Origin: Schmidtea polychroa
Lineage: Eukaryota
NCBI GenBank assembly: GCA_044892525.1
Contig: CM097887.1
Span: forward strand, 92,482,397 to 92,546,396
DNA length: 64,000 nucleotides
Reading direction: 5' to 3'
Position 1 is the stretch's first letter. Each line of letters begins with the position of its first letter. The notes beneath the pieces were generated by a model. That model worked only from the letters and a program-made list of their open reading frames with translations. It made no database searches and had not been told where the DNA came from. The position numbers and the translations under genes were made by a program. Below are positions 62,676-64,000 of the stretch, one piece after another.

Positions 62676-63086
62676 TTAAAATATTTGTGAAAGTCTAGCA
62701 GACATAATTTTCCAAATAGGAGAATATACATCATTATTATCAACTTTATATCCCTGGATTGCTATTGTTATATACCAATTTTCATTTTCTTTGAAACTGA
62801 TTTCATCAAAAGCATCATAAAATCTTGCATATCTATTGTTGAACCATGCATGTTGATTACACGATAGATTCGAATCTATCCGTTTAAAAACATCATCAAT
62901 AGTTTTGACATCAATCATTGAAAGCGTGCCGGATAAGAATTCGAATTTAGTTGGAATTAGCTTGACTGGTGCAACCAATTTCATATTGATTTCTTCTTTC
63001 AAAAAATACATTTTGTAGTTGTGGAACATTTGAACTGGTTGTACCATTTCTTTAGGTTTTTCGGTGCTTGAAATTTTCTTGGTCAT
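62676..63086 (-). CDS. 136-aa protein, possible OB-fold ssDNA-binding protein
   Basis: Clean ATG-TAA ORF with TATAAAA 35 nt upstream; beta-rich C-terminus WYITIAIQGYKV...YSPIWKI recalls viral SSB strands (by eye only). Confidence 0.6.
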   Translation of the reverse strand: MTKKISSTEKPKEMVQPVQMFHNYKMYFLKEEINMKLVAPVKLIPTKFEFLSGTLSMIDVKTIDDVFKRIDSNLSCNQHAWFNNRYARFYDAFDEISFKENENWYITIAIQGYKVDNNDVYSPIWKIMSARLSQIF

Positions 63087-63362
63087 CGTGAATAATGAAT
63101 AAATTTAAATGTTACAGGGTTTTTATACCTTTGACTCATGCCTATCAACCAATCAGATTACAGTATGTCTTTGTTTAAATTTGCATTTCATTTGCATTAA
63201 TGCTGCATTTATGTTCTATTAATGTACATATTATTAATGTTTTATTATTACTATCATTATTTCTATTATTATTATTTCTAATTCTATTATTTATATTATT
63301 ATTATTATTATTATTTCTAATTCTACTTCAAATATAAAAAAAAACTCAATACAAAAATACAT

Positions 63363-63777
63363 TTATTGATATTTATCTACAATCCGGGAGTAGTGAAACC
63401 TTCTCAGAGTTTTCACTAACTCCCATTCCACATATCGCCGATATCGATCGGCACAGCAGGAACATCCGAACATACATTGATATTCCGGCTTCATTTCTTT
63501 CACTGTTCTGTTAATCTTTATATCCCATAAGAATTGATGGAATACCTCCATAATTCTTATTTGGGTTGAGTAGAAAATGAGGTCCGGAATTATTTCTGCT
63601 TCTCGATCCTTGATGATTTCAATAATTTGAGGATAATAGTATTTGAGTGTATTGATCATTACATCTAAATATTTTTCTAAAATAATAAATAGTAAATAAT
63701 GTGAAAATAAAAATTTAAAATTTACCGTAATCGTCGATATCCTTCATGAGGTTTGCAGAGCTTGGTAATTTGTACAT
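63363..63777 (-). CDS. 121-aa hypothetical protein with CxxxCxCC motif, two exons (63777-63726, 63676-63363)
   Basis: 49-nt GT-AG intron joins MYKLPSSANLMKDIDDY|EKYLDV in frame to the listed ORF; three CCAAT boxes at 63830-63870. Confidence 0.75.
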
Positions 63778-63851
63778 GATGTTGAAAAAAATGAATTCTA
63801 AACAAAAACCGTTTGTTTAAATCAATCAATAACCAATAAGAAATTAACCAA

Positions 63852-64000
63852 TTAGAAATCGACCAATGAAATTATCTCATTTCGAACATTGTCAACAAAT
63901 TCTCTATACTCCAAATTTCTCAACCCCAACATGACAACCTTTCCACTAGCAAACACGTTGACACATATAGGGTTATATTTTAATAGTCTTAGTGCCGGAA
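63852..64000 (-). CDS. C-terminal 49+ codons of a TATA-binding-protein (TBP)-fold protein; 5' part outside the window
   Basis: (x)PALRLLKYNPICVNVFASGKVVMLGLRN aligns to the TBP repeat [29 protein letters not shown]; not in the ORF track (too short). Confidence 0.72.
   Translation of the reverse strand, partial: PALRLLKYNPICVNVFASGKVVMLGLRNLEYREFVDNVRNEIISLVDF

Larger units (their letters stand above)
59817..64000. mobile_element. Left end and accessory genes of a large virus-like DNA element, probably Polinton/Maverick-type; continues past the window
   Basis: Abrupt junction inside a Ty3 integrase; 5'-AGTAGA start; structured terminal region; dense small-gene cluster. Hallmark genes and the opposite TIR are not in the window, and the link across the N gap depends on scaffolding. 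Confidence 0.55.

Noticed and set aside
58413-64000. Teratorn-like piggyBac-virus fusion
   Set aside because: The piggyBac ORF is cut by an LTR, which is itself cut by the AG-terminal element; nesting explains it more simply. Revisit if other copies share the piggyBac end.

Overview
Very AT-rich animal genomic DNA with spliceosomal GT-AG introns, (AAT)n/(TA)n microsatellites and one 148-N gap. The style fits an AT-rich invertebrate such as a planarian, but the host cannot be proven from the sequence. Bases 881-42648 hold one host gene on the minus strand, a TAO (STE20-family) kinase with at least 12 exons. Its introns are either tiny (43-55 nt) or several kb long and filled with DNA transposons (hAT, two hATm elements of which one is intact, Mariner, a plant-type Stowaway-like mariner, MITEs). 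52659-57708 is a young full-length Ty3/Gypsy element with matching 317-bp LTRs, inserted in an (AAT)n tract, with a canonical -1 frameshift signal. 58413-59816 is a nested piggyBac > Ty3 relic. At 59817 a different element begins. It starts 5'-AGTAGA (Polinton/Maverick-like terminus) and carries a ~620-bp dense array of AP-1, NR5A/ERR and Sox/Fox-type sites. After the gap lies a compact virus-like gene cluster that runs off the window end: a signal-peptide/coiled-coil/GPI-like protein, a spliced Bcl-2 homolog, an acidic repeat protein, a possible SSB, a Cys-motif protein and the C-terminus of a TBP-like protein. No Polinton hallmark gene (pPolB, integrase, capsid, ATPase) lies inside the window, so the element class is an inference. 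All alignments and counts were done by eye.
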